Sequence record: QB031382.1
Length of the DNA stretch: 64,000 bases
DNA from: a phage
Reading direction: 5' to 3' (one strand)
Positions 20,709-29,945 of this stretch are shown here, piece after piece. The notes beneath the pieces were generated by a model, which was not told the origin of the DNA, did not search any database, and was given only the letters and a program-made list of their open reading frames with translations. A program made the position numbers and the translations under genes. Each line of letters starts with the position of its first letter. The first letter of the stretch is position 1.

Positions 20709-22169
20709 TTATTTAGCGTACTCGATCAATTCTACAGTTTTCCCAAAGCTTGGGATATAATTTTTATTATACCCTTCGGTGAGAACCCATAAAGTATCGT
20801 ACTTTTTCCACTTGTTGTCAACAGCCTTTTGTTCAAAGTTATGCTCAAAGTATAGGTCGGTCAGGACGATGACATCTTTTGCATTTGGTATGTTAGCGTC
20901 CAGATACTCGAACACGCAAGCGGCTGTTGTTCCCCATGTTGAGTGGACCTCATAGTTGATCATCTCGTCGATGTTCCCACGAGTGTATACTTTAACCTCT
21001 CCAACCTCGGTTGACCAGCAGAACATCGTAACCTTGAACTCTTTATACAGATTGCACAACCCAGTGATCTCATTGAACATTTTCTTTAAAGTTCTTTGGG
21101 AGATCGATCCAGAAACGTCTAGAGCCACCACAATATCTATAGTGTTTTCCGGATTACGACCTGGAACAACAACGTGCTGATTCTTGTTTATAGCCCCAAC
21201 TTTTCGCATTGTGCTGGTCAAAGACCCAGATCGGCGACCGGGTTTTCTATAGGTTAGTTCAGCCTTTCGTTTAGACAGCATACGTTGCTTAATGATGTCT
21301 ATATAATTGATTACAGGCTTACCTCTGTTCTTGACAAACTCACGCACAGCCTCAGGGCAACGACCTCCGGAAGCCTGCATTGCTGCTTCCAACATGTCAC
21401 CAGAGTCCTGCATGGCTTGATCTTTATCAGATTGACTGATCACTGGTTGTGGCTGATCATACCCCATCGCCTTTCCAAGATCATCACTAGTGCCACCGTT
21501 ACCACTCATGTGATCATCGGTTTGTCGTTTATCTCCTTGAGAGTTCTCTCCTTTACCGTTCTTACTTTTACCGCTATTCTGATCTCTTTGCTTATCAAGA
21601 ACCGCATAGACGTTCTCAGCAATCCATCCATGGAACCTCATGTCACAGTAGCAACTAGCTAAGAAGCCAAAAGGCTTACCTTTTACAAACGTAGTGCTTT
21701 TCCCCTTCGGGAAGAAAACACAAGGTGGCTTGCTAAAGTCAACCACAAGACCTGTGTTGATAACATGATCACAGGCAATATTGAACAGCTCCGGCTCAAA
21801 GCTTTTACCACGGACCAGATGATCACAGATAATATGTCCCACCTCATGCGATAGAAGAAATGCCACCTCTTTCACAGATTTGGGGGAATAGAAAACCTCA
21901 GCCATCTCAAACTGCTTGTCAGTCAAAGATGCCTTAAGAATGGTTTTGCGCTCATCGGCCAATCCCATAACGAACTCAGGACTGTAATAAATGCGTTTAT
22001 GATCTGTTGCCATGGTGGAGCACCATGTGTGGTTTTCTACGAACTGCAACCCTGATAACAGTGTGCCATAAAACGGCAGTTTTTCAAGAAGATACATACG
22101 TGCTGCCTGCAGCATTCGCAAGGCGTCATCTTTTTGTGCGGCAATGATTTCTGAACTTCTGCTATCCAT
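20709..22169 (-). CDS. vWA-domain protein with N-terminal HExxH metallopeptidase-like domain
   Basis: HEVGH zinc-binding-like motif in N-terminal half; MIDAS-type VVALDVSGSIS (DxSxS) in C-terminal half. Confidence 0.6.
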   Translation of the reverse strand: MDSRSSEIIAAQKDDALRMLQAARMYLLEKLPFYGTLLSGLQFVENHTWCSTMATDHKRIYYSPEFVMGLADERKTILKASLTDKQFEMAEVFYSPKSVKEVAFLLSHEVGHIICDHLVRGKSFEPELFNIACDHVINTGLVVDFSKPPCVFFPKGKSTTFVKGKPFGFLASCYCDMRFHGWIAENVYAVLDKQRDQNSGKSKNGKGENSQGDKRQTDDHMSGNGGTSDDLGKAMGYDQPQPVISQSDKDQAMQDSGDMLEAAMQASGGRCPEAVREFVKNRGKPVINYIDIIKQRMLSKRKAELTYRKPGRRSGSLTSTMRKVGAINKNQHVVVPGRNPENTIDIVVALDVSGSISQRTLKKMFNEITGLCNLYKEFKVTMFCWSTEVGEVKVYTRGNIDEMINYEVHSTWGTTAACVFEYLDANIPNAKDVIVLTDLYFEHNFEQKAVDNKWKKYDTLWVLTEGYNKNYIPSFGKTVELIEYAK

Positions 22170-22202
22170 TAAAACTCCAGAAGGGGCCTTTGGCCCCTGT
22201 CA

Positions 22203-23258
22203 TTATTTAACGTGCTTGAAAATACCAGCCAACTCGGTCATTGTCATGCGGGTGGTCTTCATGAGGTCTGTCATAGCCTTCTCCATAATTGGAGATACTA
22301 CCATAAAGTTACCTTTGGTGAAACCTTTATTCCAGTCGGTAACTAATAGTGGTTTAAGTCCGGACCCGAGACGCTCACCAGTTAAAGCACAACATTTTCG
22401 AATGTATGTGCTCTTAAACTGGCTGAATGACAGATCAACTTTCATACCTGCATCGTAGAACGTCTGGCAATAGAAAGTGTAAGCTTTGGCAATCTCAACA
22501 TCGTCAGGCAGTGCAGGAACCTCTTCTGTAAGCTCTTCTTCGCCCCCTTGAGGCTCTTTTTCCTCTTCGTGGTCTTGTTGTATCATTTCTTCAATCTCTT
22601 CTGTTACAGGCTCGTTTACAATGTCAGAAATGTGCTTGTTGGCTCCACGATTAGCCATGAAGTTTTTAAAATCCTGCATTGGTGACATATCTTCCTCCCA
22701 TTCTTCGTCAAAGAGTGCTAGTTTATCCTCTTCCGTTCCATATTGCAAGATGAAATCTTCAAAAGTGTAATCACCTTTCAATTTCTCCATACGCTCTTCG
22801 CTCAGGTGGAGCATCATCTGCTGGACAATTTTTCGATCAGTTTTGTCTTTAATCAAGATTGCGGTCTTTTTATCTACCAGGCAGTCTTTCAGAGAGTTAC
22901 ACCTCAATCCTACCACACAACAGTTATCAATTGCGTAAGGACCTTCATCATCTATCCGCTCCAGAGATGGGTAGAAAGGATTCCCCAGCCCGTTTTCATC
23001 TGTGTGCATGTCGAAAGGTATAAGGGTATAGTCGCATACCCCCTCTCCTAAAAGTTTTTTACCAAATAGGAGGTATTCTTCCCATGACAGGTTGAACTCT
23101 ATATCTCGTTTCCGTGCATTATTTTGTTTGCGTCTGTATTTTTTGAGCAGGCGCTCTAACTCTTCTGGTGTATAATATTTTTCAAGATTCATGAGTTGTC
23201 TCTTGTGCTCTGTAGGTGGAGAAATCTTATCAAGTGCCTGGGAATATGTCAACCTCAA
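22203..23258 (-). CDS. hypothetical protein with acidic central linker
   Basis: 351 aa; Cys-containing terminal regions with a degenerate HNH-like stretch (ERIDDEGPYAIDNCCVVGLRCN), long Glu/Asp-rich linker. Confidence 0.35.
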   Translation of the reverse strand: MRLTYSQALDKISPPTEHKRQLMNLEKYYTPEELERLLKKYRRKQNNARKRDIEFNLSWEEYLLFGKKLLGEGVCDYTLIPFDMHTDENGLGNPFYPSLERIDDEGPYAIDNCCVVGLRCNSLKDCLVDKKTAILIKDKTDRKIVQQMMLHLSEERMEKLKGDYTFEDFILQYGTEEDKLALFDEEWEEDMSPMQDFKNFMANRGANKHISDIVNEPVTEEIEEMIQQDHEEEKEPQGGEEELTEEVPALPDDVEIAKAYTFYCQTFYDAGMKVDLSFSQFKSTYIRKCCALTGERLGSGLKPLLVTDWNKGFTKGNFMVVSPIMEKAMTDLMKTTRMTMTELAGIFKHVK

Positions 23259-23265
23259 AAACGTG

Positions 23266-23294
23266 TTGACTTTACTCTAAATCCACGATATAGT
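23266..23294 (+). promoter_or_regulatory. sigma70-like promoter in divergent intergenic region
   Basis: -35 TTGACT, 17-bp spacer, -10 TATAGT upstream of gene at 23335. Confidence 0.45.
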
Positions 23295-23334
23295 TCACCC
23301 ATTCGAAAGAAAACGAACACAGGAGTACTTAATC

Positions 23335-24234
23335 ATGGCAAATCTTAACAGCTTTAGCACTCGATGGAAACAAGATATCACAACTAATCTCTCTGCAGGC
23401 GATATCCTTTCTGCAATTTACGAGGCTTTGGATGATAAAGCTACTTCAAAATCGGTTTGTACCAACCCGTTAATTCCTATGGTAATGAAGGTGATTGAGC
23501 GTAGGTTGGTATCCGGATCTGATAAGTGGACATATCTGGATAATGGAGGCCACACTTACTCCAACGGCTATGTAGATATAAAAGTAGAATATGCGGTATC
23601 ATATCGCCGGAGCGGCTCTGTAACTTTCAACTTCTCTGGTGGTTTCCGATCTCTGGCAACTTCACCTTTTGTTTCCTCAGAGCAGAAGTTTGAACTTCCG
23701 TTCCTTTGGATGATGGCTAACGCGACAGGCAAAACCCCTGTAAGCATTCGCGTAAAATACAACTACAACGGATCTAGTAAGATCTATGCCGAGAGTGTCT
23801 CAGCAAGTTTTTATTTTGTGATGGGGGATGGAATCCTCAAACATATAAAGATGTGCGATATGCATGATGTTATAAATGAAGTGACTGATAAGAATGTTCT
23901 GGTGAAGGATCTCAACAATTTTTATACACCGGGAGACTATTACGTCAACCGTCCACTGTGCATCTTTAATGCTGCACACCCTTTAGGTGAGTATTTGATT
24001 GCCAATAGTGATATTGCCAATAACCGCTTCGAGGTAGCAAGAGTACAGAATGAGGTGTTGACATCTTGCAAGAGCGGTGATAAGTTTACCGAAGAAGAGA
24101 TGGGTGTTTTAGAAATGATGGGATATAAGTGTAGCCTTTGGGTAGATGAGGTGTTTAATGACGGCATCTATGGACAGGATATTTACCCGTTAAAGAAGTA
24201 TACTGATTCCAGTTTAATTTACGCGGAGATTTGA
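23335..24234 (+). CDS. hypothetical protein
   Basis: 299 aa, first gene of rightward block. Confidence 0.45.
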   Translation: MANLNSFSTRWKQDITTNLSAGDILSAIYEALDDKATSKSVCTNPLIPMVMKVIERRLVSGSDKWTYLDNGGHTYSNGYVDIKVEYAVSYRRSGSVTFNFSGGFRSLATSPFVSSEQKFELPFLWMMANATGKTPVSIRVKYNYNGSSKIYAESVSASFYFVMGDGILKHIKMCDMHDVINEVTDKNVLVKDLNNFYTPGDYYVNRPLCIFNAAHPLGEYLIANSDIANNRFEVARVQNEVLTSCKSGDKFTEEEMGVLEMMGYKCSLWVDEVFNDGIYGQDIYPLKKYTDSSLIYAEI

Positions 24235-24509
24235 CTATGATGAAGGCATGTGGTAGTGTATACTATGTGGGTGAAAATGTTCAGGCAGACAGTGTGTGGA
24301 AATCCATTAAGTCCACCACCGATGATGCCTTCTTGAGCGGGCTATGTTTCCCCAATCCTGGAGACATTCTCCCTCACCCTGGGGATTTTGTTGTTAACAA
24401 GACAGATGGTTATACTGTGTGCCTGATGGTTGAAAAAATCTTTTTAGACACTAGACACAATCACCGTCTTGTGTTAAAATTTCAAGAATGTAAAATGACA
24501 GTTGCCTAA
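24231..24509 (+). CDS. hypothetical protein
   Basis: 92 aa, overlapping start/stop. Confidence 0.35.
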   Translation: MTMMKACGSVYYVGENVQADSVWKSIKSTTDDAFLSGLCFPNPGDILPHPGDFVVNKTDGYTVCLMVEKIFLDTRHNHRLVLKFQECKMTVA

Positions 24510-24521
24510 GGAGGCCTACCA

Positions 24522-24881
24522 ATGTCTAAAGTTACTTATCGTGCAGCTATTTACTGCAATGAGCAACCAATCAATAGTGATGGTCACTGCTTTTTTAAAG
24601 AAAATCAGTTGGGCTGTATTGCCCTCCTTGATGAAGGGGAAGGTTATATGATTGCATTGACAGGGTTTGAGCCTGAAGCCTTGGAAGCCAATCTGGACTA
24701 CCTGGTAGAGAAGGGTGCTGCAGACTTGGTTGCCAATGGCCTCTCCATAAGCCTTGAAGAAGTGGAGCGCTTCATGGGCAATTACCGTGTAGTGCGTGAG
24801 TTTACTGTCGAGGTGGAAACTCCAGAGTGGGGTAGCACTGAAACTAATGCTGAAGAAAAAGAAGAGGGGGTAGAAGAATGA
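24522..24881 (+). CDS. hypothetical protein
   Basis: 119 aa, RBS AAGGAGG. Confidence 0.4.
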   Translation: MSKVTYRAAIYCNEQPINSDGHCFFKENQLGCIALLDEGEGYMIALTGFEPEALEANLDYLVEKGAADLVANGLSISLEEVERFMGNYRVVREFTVEVETPEWGSTETNAEEKEEGVEE

Positions 24882-25135
24882 AAGTGCAGATCTTGACTAA
24901 TGCCGAGAAGATGTTTATCGAAGATACGCCTTTTGAAACTGGTGAGCTACAGTTTGTATATTTTGTTGACTTAGATAAGGTTTTTCCTGCGCTGAATCTG
25001 GGTTTGGAGAAAGTACCTTATAAAACTCTATGCCAGGTTGTCCGTGCCTTAGCTGCAGATGGGGAGTTCCACACCCTTGAAGATATCCAGACCTATGGGT
25101 ATCTTGAACTGCAACGAGAAGAAGAGGTAGACTGA
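24878..25135 (+). CDS. hypothetical protein
   Basis: 85 aa. Confidence 0.4.
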   Translation: MKVQILTNAEKMFIEDTPFETGELQFVYFVDLDKVFPALNLGLEKVPYKTLCQVVRALAADGEFHTLEDIQTYGYLELQREEEVD

Positions 25136-25137
25136 TA

Positions 25138-25518
25138 ATGGCCCAGTGGAAGACAACAGTTGACCTTCATGATCAGTGGTTAGGACGCATAACTGAAGAC
25201 GGGAAACTGGTAGAGTGGGACAACAAGCATGTTAGCGAGTTGGCAAGTATTGTGGCTGGCAAGTTACGCTCCAAGTTCCCTGAACAACTGGATCCTGATA
25301 GTTCAAAGTTCGATCCTGAGTTGGAGGATGTTGTATACTACTTCGACACCGTGGATGACTACGATGCGTGGTTTGCAGCACTGGAGTTATACCCACAAGG
25401 ATCCGCTATGCGCCGGATGGAAGAAGATTACCCTCCGTGTGAGCAATTCAATAGTGCAATGACTTGCCTTTATGATTGGGCAGATAAGAACCTTGTCTGG
25501 ATTCGGACTGCATTTTAG
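25138..25518 (+). CDS. hypothetical protein
   Basis: 126 aa. Confidence 0.4.
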   Translation: MAQWKTTVDLHDQWLGRITEDGKLVEWDNKHVSELASIVAGKLRSKFPEQLDPDSSKFDPELEDVVYYFDTVDDYDAWFAALELYPQGSAMRRMEEDYPPCEQFNSAMTCLYDWADKNLVWIRTAF

Positions 25519-25562
25519 TGGGTAGGGATGGCGGCAAGGATGCTGCTTAAGGAGCAGTAGAG

Positions 25563-25832
25563 ATGTTATACCAGCAGTACGAACTTCGTGCAGAAAAAGA
25601 ATTAAATTTTGACAAAGATATTCACAGATATTATTATGGGAAAGTTAGAGGACAAGCAAGAAAGTGTACTCCAACACTCTTTCATGCCAGCAGACGACTA
25701 GCTCCAGAAGAGGCAACAGCAGAAAGGGTTGCATATGGCTGGAGAGTTGCGTATGATATTGACAGATCCGATGTGATGTCTGTTTTGGAAAACTTTGAAA
25801 ACACTTACACACAAGTAGAGGACTTTTACTAA
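25563..25832 (+). CDS. hypothetical protein
   Basis: 89 aa. Confidence 0.4.
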   Translation: MLYQQYELRAEKELNFDKDIHRYYYGKVRGQARKCTPTLFHASRRLAPEEATAERVAYGWRVAYDIDRSDVMSVLENFENTYTQVEDFY

Positions 25833-27016
25833 TGTCAAGAAACGTATTCGAAAGTGGTCAAATCACTGTCCGCGAGTTGCCAGCTATTATTCAATTTGCC
25901 CAGCGTCATAACCGATCTGTCCTGATTTTAGGACCGATGGGTGTGGGGAAGAGCCAGGTGATGAAGCAGATTGCTGATAATATGTTCGGTGAGCGAGATG
26001 ACAACCTGGTTGACGTGCGGCTGTCAGATAAAGATCCTGCTGACTTATCTGGACTACCTATCCCTGTAGAGGCAGATGGAACTACACGCACAGTGTTTGC
26101 AATTCCAGAATTTTGGCCTGCAGACTCGGACTGGAGCGGAATTATCTTTCTGGATGAGCTTACTCATGCAGATAACTACCTGCAGAAGGTTGCAATGCAA
26201 ATTATGCTCGACCACAAGTGCGGCACCTATGCATTTCCTAAGGGCTCTGTTTTTGTAGCTGCAGGTAACCGTGCTACAGATGGTGCTGTTCTTTCGGCGC
26301 TCGAAGCTCCTCTGGCTAACCGCTTTATCATTGTAGAAGTTACAAGCAATGCAGAGGTATTTATTGAGGACTACGCATTCCTTAATGGTGTACATTCCTC
26401 TGTAATTGGATATCTGAAAAGAGTTCCATCAGCTATCGATAATTATGAGGCTATGGCTGAGATTAATTGTCCGTCTTTTGCCACACCGCGATCTTGGGTT
26501 GCTGCATCTGACATCCTGCACGATTTTGACAGCGGTATTATTTCTGACGCTATGGCTCGTGTTCTTCTGCAAGGTGCTATTGGTCACACTGCAGCGGTAG
26601 AAATCTGGACCTACCACACCAAGAAACGAAACTTGCCAGAAATCGGTCGGATTATGGCAGGGGGTTGCAAAGAGTATGTAGGTCCTAAGCAGCCAGACAT
26701 CTTGTGGATTCTGGGGTCTGAAGGTTGTATCGCTATTCGTAACATGATGGAAAATGCAAGTATCTCCGACGAAGATCTTGTCAGCTGTGTGGCAAACTTC
26801 CTTGATTTCCTTTGGGAAAATTTCAAAGATGAAAACCGAGACTTTGTATTCTCAGTCTTTATGGCGATGATGAAACCCAACGCCCTAGGGAATGCCTTAC
26901 TTATTGGTAAAGGCCGGGACAAGATCGTTGCTCAGCTGATCAAAGCATACCCAAACCTGATGAAGATTGTAAAAGAGTTTGGTGAAGAGTTTAGCGCCAT
27001 TTTAGCTAAAGCTTGA
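25832..27016 (+). CDS. AAA+ ATPase (MoxR/CobS-like)
   Basis: Walker A ILGPMGVGKSQ and Walker B IIFLDELTHAD; about 390 aa. Confidence 0.7.
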   Translation: MSRNVFESGQITVRELPAIIQFAQRHNRSVLILGPMGVGKSQVMKQIADNMFGERDDNLVDVRLSDKDPADLSGLPIPVEADGTTRTVFAIPEFWPADSDWSGIIFLDELTHADNYLQKVAMQIMLDHKCGTYAFPKGSVFVAAGNRATDGAVLSALEAPLANRFIIVEVTSNAEVFIEDYAFLNGVHSSVIGYLKRVPSAIDNYEAMAEINCPSFATPRSWVAASDILHDFDSGIISDAMARVLLQGAIGHTAAVEIWTYHTKKRNLPEIGRIMAGGCKEYVGPKQPDILWILGSEGCIAIRNMMENASISDEDLVSCVANFLDFLWENFKDENRDFVFSVFMAMMKPNALGNALLIGKGRDKIVAQLIKAYPNLMKIVKEFGEEFSAILAKA

Positions 27017-27025
27017 GGAGGTTGT

Positions 27026-27406
27026 ATGGCTAAAGTAGGTAAGCGGGGAAACTACCTGGTGGTATTGACAGAGGAGCCGGAGAAGGAGTACGAATGCAGC
27101 TCCACCTGCGTGATCGATATCCGAGAAAAAGATGTAGATGAAATCTGGTTTAAAATACTGGACGCTTGCGACAGTAGTGATTATTTCTTCATCTATGTCA
27201 ACGATAAAGCTGGGTTCTTCCATGACGATGGAGAGTTACCGTATGAAATCTATGAACTTGTAGAGGCTTGCCATCGTGGAGATGCGGAGTTGTTTGGTCT
27301 ACGGCTGAAAAGCGGTAAATTTTTCTACCAAGATGAGTGCATGAATCTTCACAACTTCGTAGAGGGGACTTGCAATGATGGAGAGATTTTGGCACACTAC
27401 GACTAA
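27026..27406 (+). CDS. hypothetical protein
   Basis: 126 aa, followed by terminator. Confidence 0.4.
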   Translation: MAKVGKRGNYLVVLTEEPEKEYECSSTCVIDIREKDVDEIWFKILDACDSSDYFFIYVNDKAGFFHDDGELPYEIYELVEACHRGDAELFGLRLKSGKFFYQDECMNLHNFVEGTCNDGEILAHYD

Positions 27407-27418
27407 TTTCTAAGACCA

Positions 27419-27446
27419 CCCCCGCTTCGGCGGGGATTTTCTATTT
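27419..27446 (+). terminator. rho-independent terminator
   Basis: Stem CCCCGC-TTCG-GCGGGG then ATTTTCTATTT; same stem core as the terminator at 1258. Confidence 0.6.
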
Positions 27447-27455
27447 GGAGTTATT

Positions 27456-27956
27456 GTGAAAATTAAGATCTTTGCTATTATTTTGAGCGCATTTTTATCG
27501 CTGCCTGTTGTTGCAGCACCAAAACAAAAAGTATATCACACCTGCAAGCCATCGGATACTAAGGAAAACATTCTAGCATGTAATATCTACAGGGAGGCTA
27601 GAGGGGATGGCACGATGGGTATGCTGGCATCAGGGTTTGCCACACTAAACAGGAAATCTCACCCCAAATACCCGGACACCATAAGAAAGATTGTCTACCA
27701 ACCTAACCAGTTTTCGTGGACAAACCACGGCAAAACTTTTAAGGTGACAGAAAAAGATTCATGGGATCACGCTAAAAGTCTTGCAAAGATGCTTCTAAAG
27801 GTCTATAATAACAACCATGTTGCATACATGGCTATGGATATAACAGGTGGAGCAACACACTATCATACAACAAAAGTACGACCGAAATGGGCAAAAAAGA
27901 TGCAGAGGACAGCTCAATTCGGGAGTCATATCTACTACAAGGAGCGCAATAAATGA
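27456..27956 (+). CDS. secreted cell-wall hydrolase, SleB-like (candidate endolysin)
   Basis: N-terminal signal peptide MKIKIFAIILSAFLSLPVVAAP; motif NIYREARGDG resembles the GEARGE signature of SleB-type hydrolases. Confidence 0.55.
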   Translation: MKIKIFAIILSAFLSLPVVAAPKQKVYHTCKPSDTKENILACNIYREARGDGTMGMLASGFATLNRKSHPKYPDTIRKIVYQPNQFSWTNHGKTFKVTEKDSWDHAKSLAKMLLKVYNNNHVAYMAMDITGGATHYHTTKVRPKWAKKMQRTAQFGSHIYYKERNK

Positions 27957-29935
27957 TTGTAAACAGTAATGAAACTAAAGCAGTGCTAACTGGGAATTTG
28001 GAGGTAACAAGGGGATCAATTTCTCTGAACAAAGAAACTTTTGGGTTAATCATTAAAGGGATTTATGAAGATAAGGTGCTGGCAAGCTGCCGTGAACCAA
28101 TCTTCAATGCTGTGGACTCTCATGTTGAGTCTGGACGTGGTGATGTTCCGATCATCATTCACTCCCCTACAGATCTTGAACCATACTTCTTTGTGCAGGA
28201 CGTTGGCCTCGGTATGTCAGAAGAGATGGTCCGCAACACTTTCATGAACCTCGGCGAGTCAACCAAGCGCGACAGCAACGATCTGGTAGGCAATAAAGGT
28301 GTTGGTTCAAAGGCCCCGTTCAGCATGGTGGACACTTTCGATGTAATCAGTGTGCACAATGGTGTGGAAAGCACATACCTATTGTTCTTGGACCAGGGTA
28401 TCCCAAATGTCACCAAGATCCGTGAGCGGAAGACTGAAGAGCACAATGGAGTAAAAGTTCAGTTTCATGTTAAGAAAGAGCATGTTCTGAAATATCGCAC
28501 CGCTATTGCATCATGTCTGCGCTATGCAAAATTTCCGTTCACTGTCACCGATCCGATGACGAGCAAGATGCTGGAGGGAGACAAAGTAGAGGCGCAGTAT
28601 TATTATGAAAAAGATGGTTGGAAGATGACCATCCTGAAGGGCTATACCAGCTCTGACGAGAGTCGTGTGGTAATGGGTCACCAACCTTACCGTTCTAAGT
28701 TCCTGGAAACACTAACAGATTATCCTGCAATTTGTGTAGAGATCCCTATCGGAGATTGCAATATTAACCCAGGGCGTGAATGGACCATAGAAGGTCACGA
28801 CGATGGTGGATTCCAAGAGCGTTTGGAAGCTTTTGTCAAAGAAGGCATTCGCCTTCGTGGAGCAGAAGTTGTTGCAGAACTGGAGACAGCAAAAACATCC
28901 TCAGAAGCACGCGAGATGATGAAGAACAGTGGAGTGTTCGGGCACATCTTCGGTAAGAATTTTATGTATAACCGTTGGGAAGAAACAGGACTAGGGAATT
29001 TGGGGGACTGCGAGATCTTCGCGGGTGGCTTAAATAAAGGCCGCATAGGCTACGCTTGTTACGGAAAGGTAGAATTCTTACGAGGAGTCTATTTAGTATT
29101 TAACGACGGAGACGGTAAATATAACCGAAATAAGTGTAACTACTTAAGCGAGATCACCGGACGCAACGTTTTCTATTGCCGGAACACGGATCTGGTAAAA
29201 GAGTTTAAAGAGGCGGCACACCATCCGTTTTTTGCAGATACGGTCAAATTGTTATCAGAGCTTCCTCGCCGACCTGTGAAGAAAGGTGAAACCAAAACTC
29301 GTTACGAGCCAGGCTATTGGGTTAAAAAACTTGAGAAGGATGGTTACTTCCGTCGTGAGCGTATTACTAAGGCAGAGTTCAGGAAGATTAAGCACTGCAT
29401 TCCTTATGAGGGTGATATCCAACGTGGAAGTTGTTGGCTGGGACAGCTGAGTAACATCTACCAGCAAAATTATGACCGTGTGCGTGCGGCACTCCAGATT
29501 CCTGAAGGGGAAGATCTGTACCTAGTATCAGAATCTCGTCTGCTTTGGACTGATCCTGATTGCCAGTATGTTACAGAGAAGAATGTGGAACATTTGTTGA
29601 AAGAGGACGCCTGGAAATTCTTACTGACTCGCGCAGCAAATGAAACTTCATATGACAGCCTGTATAGACAATTAGGGAAAATTATTCCCATGCAAGATTT
29701 TGGAAATTATCGGCCACATTTCCACAAGTGGGAAGGTAACACCGCGTGGAAGCACAGTGAGCTAAATCATCGTGCCAAAATCTTAATCGCCAACCGAGTT
29801 AAATGCGGGAAGGCCTATATTGCAAGATTGGAAAAGAAATACCCACTTTTGAAGCATGTAGGCTTGAAATATTGGGACACTCCTGCTATGATTGAATACC
29901 GTGAACTGATCGATACAAAGAATAACATCAAATAA
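27953..29935 (+). CDS. HSP90/HtpG-like GHKL ATPase
   Basis: N-terminal KETFGL...YEDKVL...REPIFNAVDS, G1 box VQDVGLGMS, G2 box GNKGVGSKA line up with the HSP90 ATPase domain; start overlaps upstream stop (ATGA). Confidence 0.55.
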   Translation: MIVNSNETKAVLTGNLEVTRGSISLNKETFGLIIKGIYEDKVLASCREPIFNAVDSHVESGRGDVPIIIHSPTDLEPYFFVQDVGLGMSEEMVRNTFMNLGESTKRDSNDLVGNKGVGSKAPFSMVDTFDVISVHNGVESTYLLFLDQGIPNVTKIRERKTEEHNGVKVQFHVKKEHVLKYRTAIASCLRYAKFPFTVTDPMTSKMLEGDKVEAQYYYEKDGWKMTILKGYTSSDESRVVMGHQPYRSKFLETLTDYPAICVEIPIGDCNINPGREWTIEGHDDGGFQERLEAFVKEGIRLRGAEVVAELETAKTSSEAREMMKNSGVFGHIFGKNFMYNRWEETGLGNLGDCEIFAGGLNKGRIGYACYGKVEFLRGVYLVFNDGDGKYNRNKCNYLSEITGRNVFYCRNTDLVKEFKEAAHHPFFADTVKLLSELPRRPVKKGETKTRYEPGYWVKKLEKDGYFRRERITKAEFRKIKHCIPYEGDIQRGSCWLGQLSNIYQQNYDRVRAALQIPEGEDLYLVSESRLLWTDPDCQYVTEKNVEHLLKEDAWKFLLTRAANETSYDSLYRQLGKIIPMQDFGNYRPHFHKWEGNTAWKHSELNHRAKILIANRVKCGKAYIARLEKKYPLLKHVGLKYWDTPAMIEYRELIDTKNNIK

Positions 29936-29945
29936 GGAGACCAAG

